Of a stretch of 39,671 nucleotides of DNA, positions 37,867-39,671 are shown one piece after another. Each line of letters opens with the position of its first letter. Within the stretch, counting starts at the first letter, position 1. Origin of the DNA: Candidatus Methanoperedens sp. (GTDB taxonomy: Archaea > Halobacteriota > Methanosarcinia > Methanosarcinales > Methanoperedenaceae); NCBI GenBank assembly GCA_027460605.1, contig JAPZAN010000207.1, positions 1 to 39,671 on the forward strand, given 5' to 3'. The translations under genes and the position numbers were made by a program. The notes under the pieces are model-generated. The model did no database searches and was not told the origin of the DNA. It saw only the letters and a list, made by a program, of their open reading frames with translations.

Positions 37867-38655
37867 TTACCAGGCTTTGTAATTTCCGAAATTTTTATCC
37901 GTAAATTCAAAAACAGGCTTTGCAGTGGTTTTATCTTTTTTTTCTACAAATTCAGTTGAGGTTAATTTTTCAGTTCCGTCAATTCCCGTATTTAATAAAG
38001 ATGTAGTTGTCATGAATGTTTTTCCATACACCTGATATTCACTCCAGCCATCCCTGTTCCCGTTTATATACCCCAGAACAGCTTTTGCCGGGATGACTTG
38101 TTTTATAAACTGCCCGTTTTCTTTAACAGACATCTCGCCACTCAGTATCATAGAAGTGACTGCTAAAGACCATCCAGAACATATACCTCTCTGACCATTG
38201 TATAAGTAATAGTCCGGCATCATCCAATAGTCATTATTTGGTAGTTCGTATCCAAAATAGTCCTTCAACGTAACGTAATTGTTTACGAATGGTTCGTCTG
38301 TCCATGATAAAACGTTGCCTTTTATATCTACAAACAGGGGAATGGGTCTATTCTTATACCTGATTCTTCCATCGTAATCAATGTATAATTGCGACGCATA
38401 GAACTTAACCCAGTCATTATCCGGAGTGATATAGGAGCCCGGGTCCTCTGCATGCCATATATCAGTGCTCTTATCGATAATGTAAGGTTTTAAAGATGGA
38501 ATCAGATCGGGTTTTGAATAGGATGTGGGCGACTGGGATTGAACATCTCCATTTAATACTATATTTGTGTTTTCATCAATTTGTTCTGCCGCAACTGCCA
38601 TTCCAGGTATTAAGATAACAGAAAGAATTATTACTACTGCTGTTAATAGACTCAT
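37867..38655 (-). CDS. Secreted transglutaminase-like hypothetical protein
   Basis: Signal peptide (AVAA), DYW...GICSGWSLAVTSM, AVLGY...RDGWSEY. AGGAG upstream of ATG 38655. Confidence 0.6.
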   Translation of the reverse strand: MSLLTAVVIILSVILIPGMAVAAEQIDENTNIVLNGDVQSQSPTSYSKPDLIPSLKPYIIDKSTDIWHAEDPGSYITPDNDWVKFYASQLYIDYDGRIRYKNRPIPLFVDIKGNVLSWTDEPFVNNYVTLKDYFGYELPNNDYWMMPDYYLYNGQRGICSGWSLAVTSMILSGEMSVKENGQFIKQVIPAKAVLGYINGNRDGWSEYQVYGKTFMTTTSLLNTGIDGTEKLTSTEFVEKKDKTTAKPVFEFTDKNFGNYKAW

Positions 38656-39101
38656 TTGCTCTCCTAAGGGGGGGCTTGGGCAGTGCGAAGTTTGGCGACC
38701 AAACACTGCTCAATTATTTTTATTAAGACTTTTTTTGTCGATAGGGTAAACAACTTTTAATATGTGTATTAAAAACCTTCCTATTTTACATCATCATGAT
38801 AACCATGCGTATTATCATAGAATAATATTATTTTCATTGCTATTAAACCTTTCCCCAAAAATCGACTGTATGCCGATTAATAATTAAAATTTGAAAAATT
38901 GAATTTTTAAAGAAAAATCTTTATCAGTAGCCTTATAAAAACCAGAACATTCTTTCTTGGTCATCAGGAAAAAGCTTTGCTATATACTGTTCCATTTTTC
39001 TGTCAAGAACCCTTGCCATGTTGTGGATATCCTTGCCAATATTCTAACCTATCTTTGTCTGCTTATAAATTCCAAAGAATACTCTTGGAGTAGCTAAAAG
39101 G

Positions 39102-39173
39102 CGCCCCGACTGGGACTTGAACCCAGGTCTTAAGATCCGCAATCTCAAAGGATATCCGCTACCCCATCGGGGC
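39102..39173 (-). tRNA. tRNA-Arg (anticodon GCG)
   Basis: Acceptor GCCCCGA/TCGGGGC, anticodon stem TGAGA/TCTTA with loop TTGCGGA, T-arm CTGGG-TTCAAGT-CCCAG; followed by CC and a T-tract, full CCA not encoded. Confidence 0.95.
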
Positions 39174-39198
39174 TCTGGCTCAACATTCATTTGTAACG

Positions 39199-39205
39199 TA
39201 TTAAA
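39199..39205 (-). promoter_or_regulatory. TATA box of tRNA-Arg
   Basis: TTTAATA on the - strand, 26-32 nt upstream of the tRNA 5' end. Confidence 0.65.
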
Positions 39206-39228
39206 GGTTATTGGCTTTGGTTTTCTTC

Positions 39229-39546
39229 TATCTTTTCCCAAAAAAATTTCCTCATTCTAAATAATTCAGTATATGTGGTAAAAATCAATAACAAGCGGAA
39301 GCTAAATATTTTTTGAAAGATTATGAATCAGGAAACATATCCCAGAAATCGGCGGCCAAATCTCTCGGCATTTCGCCAAGAGGCAGCTCAATGAAATATA
39401 CAAAATAAGAGGGTATATACACAATTGGGTTCGAATTAGGTCGACCCAGAAATGAAGTTCCCAAAGAATGGAAAGAAATCATTAAGCAGGAATATGAAAA
39501 ATTCGGGCAAAATCTACACAAAGCCCGGATGAGTATCATTTCCTGA
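39229..39546 (+). mobile_element. Degenerate IS481-like (ISA0963-type) element: left end plus frameshifted transposase N-terminus
   Basis: Across frames from GTG 39275: VVKINNKRKL / YFLKDYESGNISQKSAAKSLGISPR / QLNEIYK / IGFELGRPRNEVPKEWKEIIKQEYEK (HTH plus GRP motif), preceded by a 29-bp end sequence. Confidence 0.6.
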
Positions 39547-39671
39547 AATAATTTCCTCATTCATAACTTCTTTTACCTTTTGCACAGTTTTCATAAAATT
39601 CACCAACCAAACATCTTAAAAGCAAAACCTAGCCAAACTTCAGGAGGCATCTTCCTCATAAAAGCCTCATT
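39534..39671 (-). mobile_element. Right end of a second, oppositely oriented IS481-like element (transposase C-terminus 39600-39671, runs off window)
   Basis: The - strand reads NEAFMRKMPPEVWLGFAFKMFGW*; terminal 29-mer at 39534-39562 matches 39229-39257 at 25/29. Confidence 0.6.

Noticed and set aside
599-38749. Numerous short ORFs nested in or antisense to called genes (e.g. 1359-1616, 18845-19243, 20590-21012, 24999-25472, 36198-36611)
   Set aside because: They overlap well-supported genes and lack motifs; typical shadow ORFs.
39044-39241. 65-aa ORF on - strand
   Set aside because: Overlaps the tRNA-Arg gene and its promoter.
39321-39560. 79-aa ORF on - strand
   Set aside because: Antisense shadow of the transposase relic; no recognisable motif.

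Overview
Archaeal cell-surface island. The host is most likely a Methanosarcinales archaeon such as Ca. Methanoperedens; this is inferred from the tRNA-Arg(GCG), an archaeosortase, PEF-CTERM and PGF-pre-PGF proteins and DUF1616/DUF2206 genes. The + strand block at 432-10231 holds a Wzm/Wzt glycan exporter, two methyltransferases, a nonulosonic-acid module (short NeuB, NeuA-HAD phosphatase fusion, GT42/Maf-like candidate transferase, O-acetyltransferase), a GT4 relic and GT2s. It converges on a long - strand block at 27681-10302: CPBP protease, ArnD-like deacetylase, PIG-A-like GT4, archaeosortase, DUF1616, second CPBP protease, FtsX/LolE-type permease, GT2 pair, WecB, and an AT-rich GT/DUF2206 cassette. 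To the right lie a ~1160-aa PEF-CTERM surface protein with three near-identical sequon-dense repeats, a second permease plus ATPase, a PGF-pre-PGF protein whose apparent original sorting tail is orphaned downstream, a transglutaminase-like protein, tRNA-Arg(GCG) and two IS481-like remnants. The strongest candidate for an undescribed system is the coupled deacetylase-GT4-archaeosortase operon with its PEF-CTERM substrate and LolCDE-like ABC, which could build and use a GPI-like amino-sugar lipid anchor (inference). All family calls come from motif recognition by eye; no database search was run.
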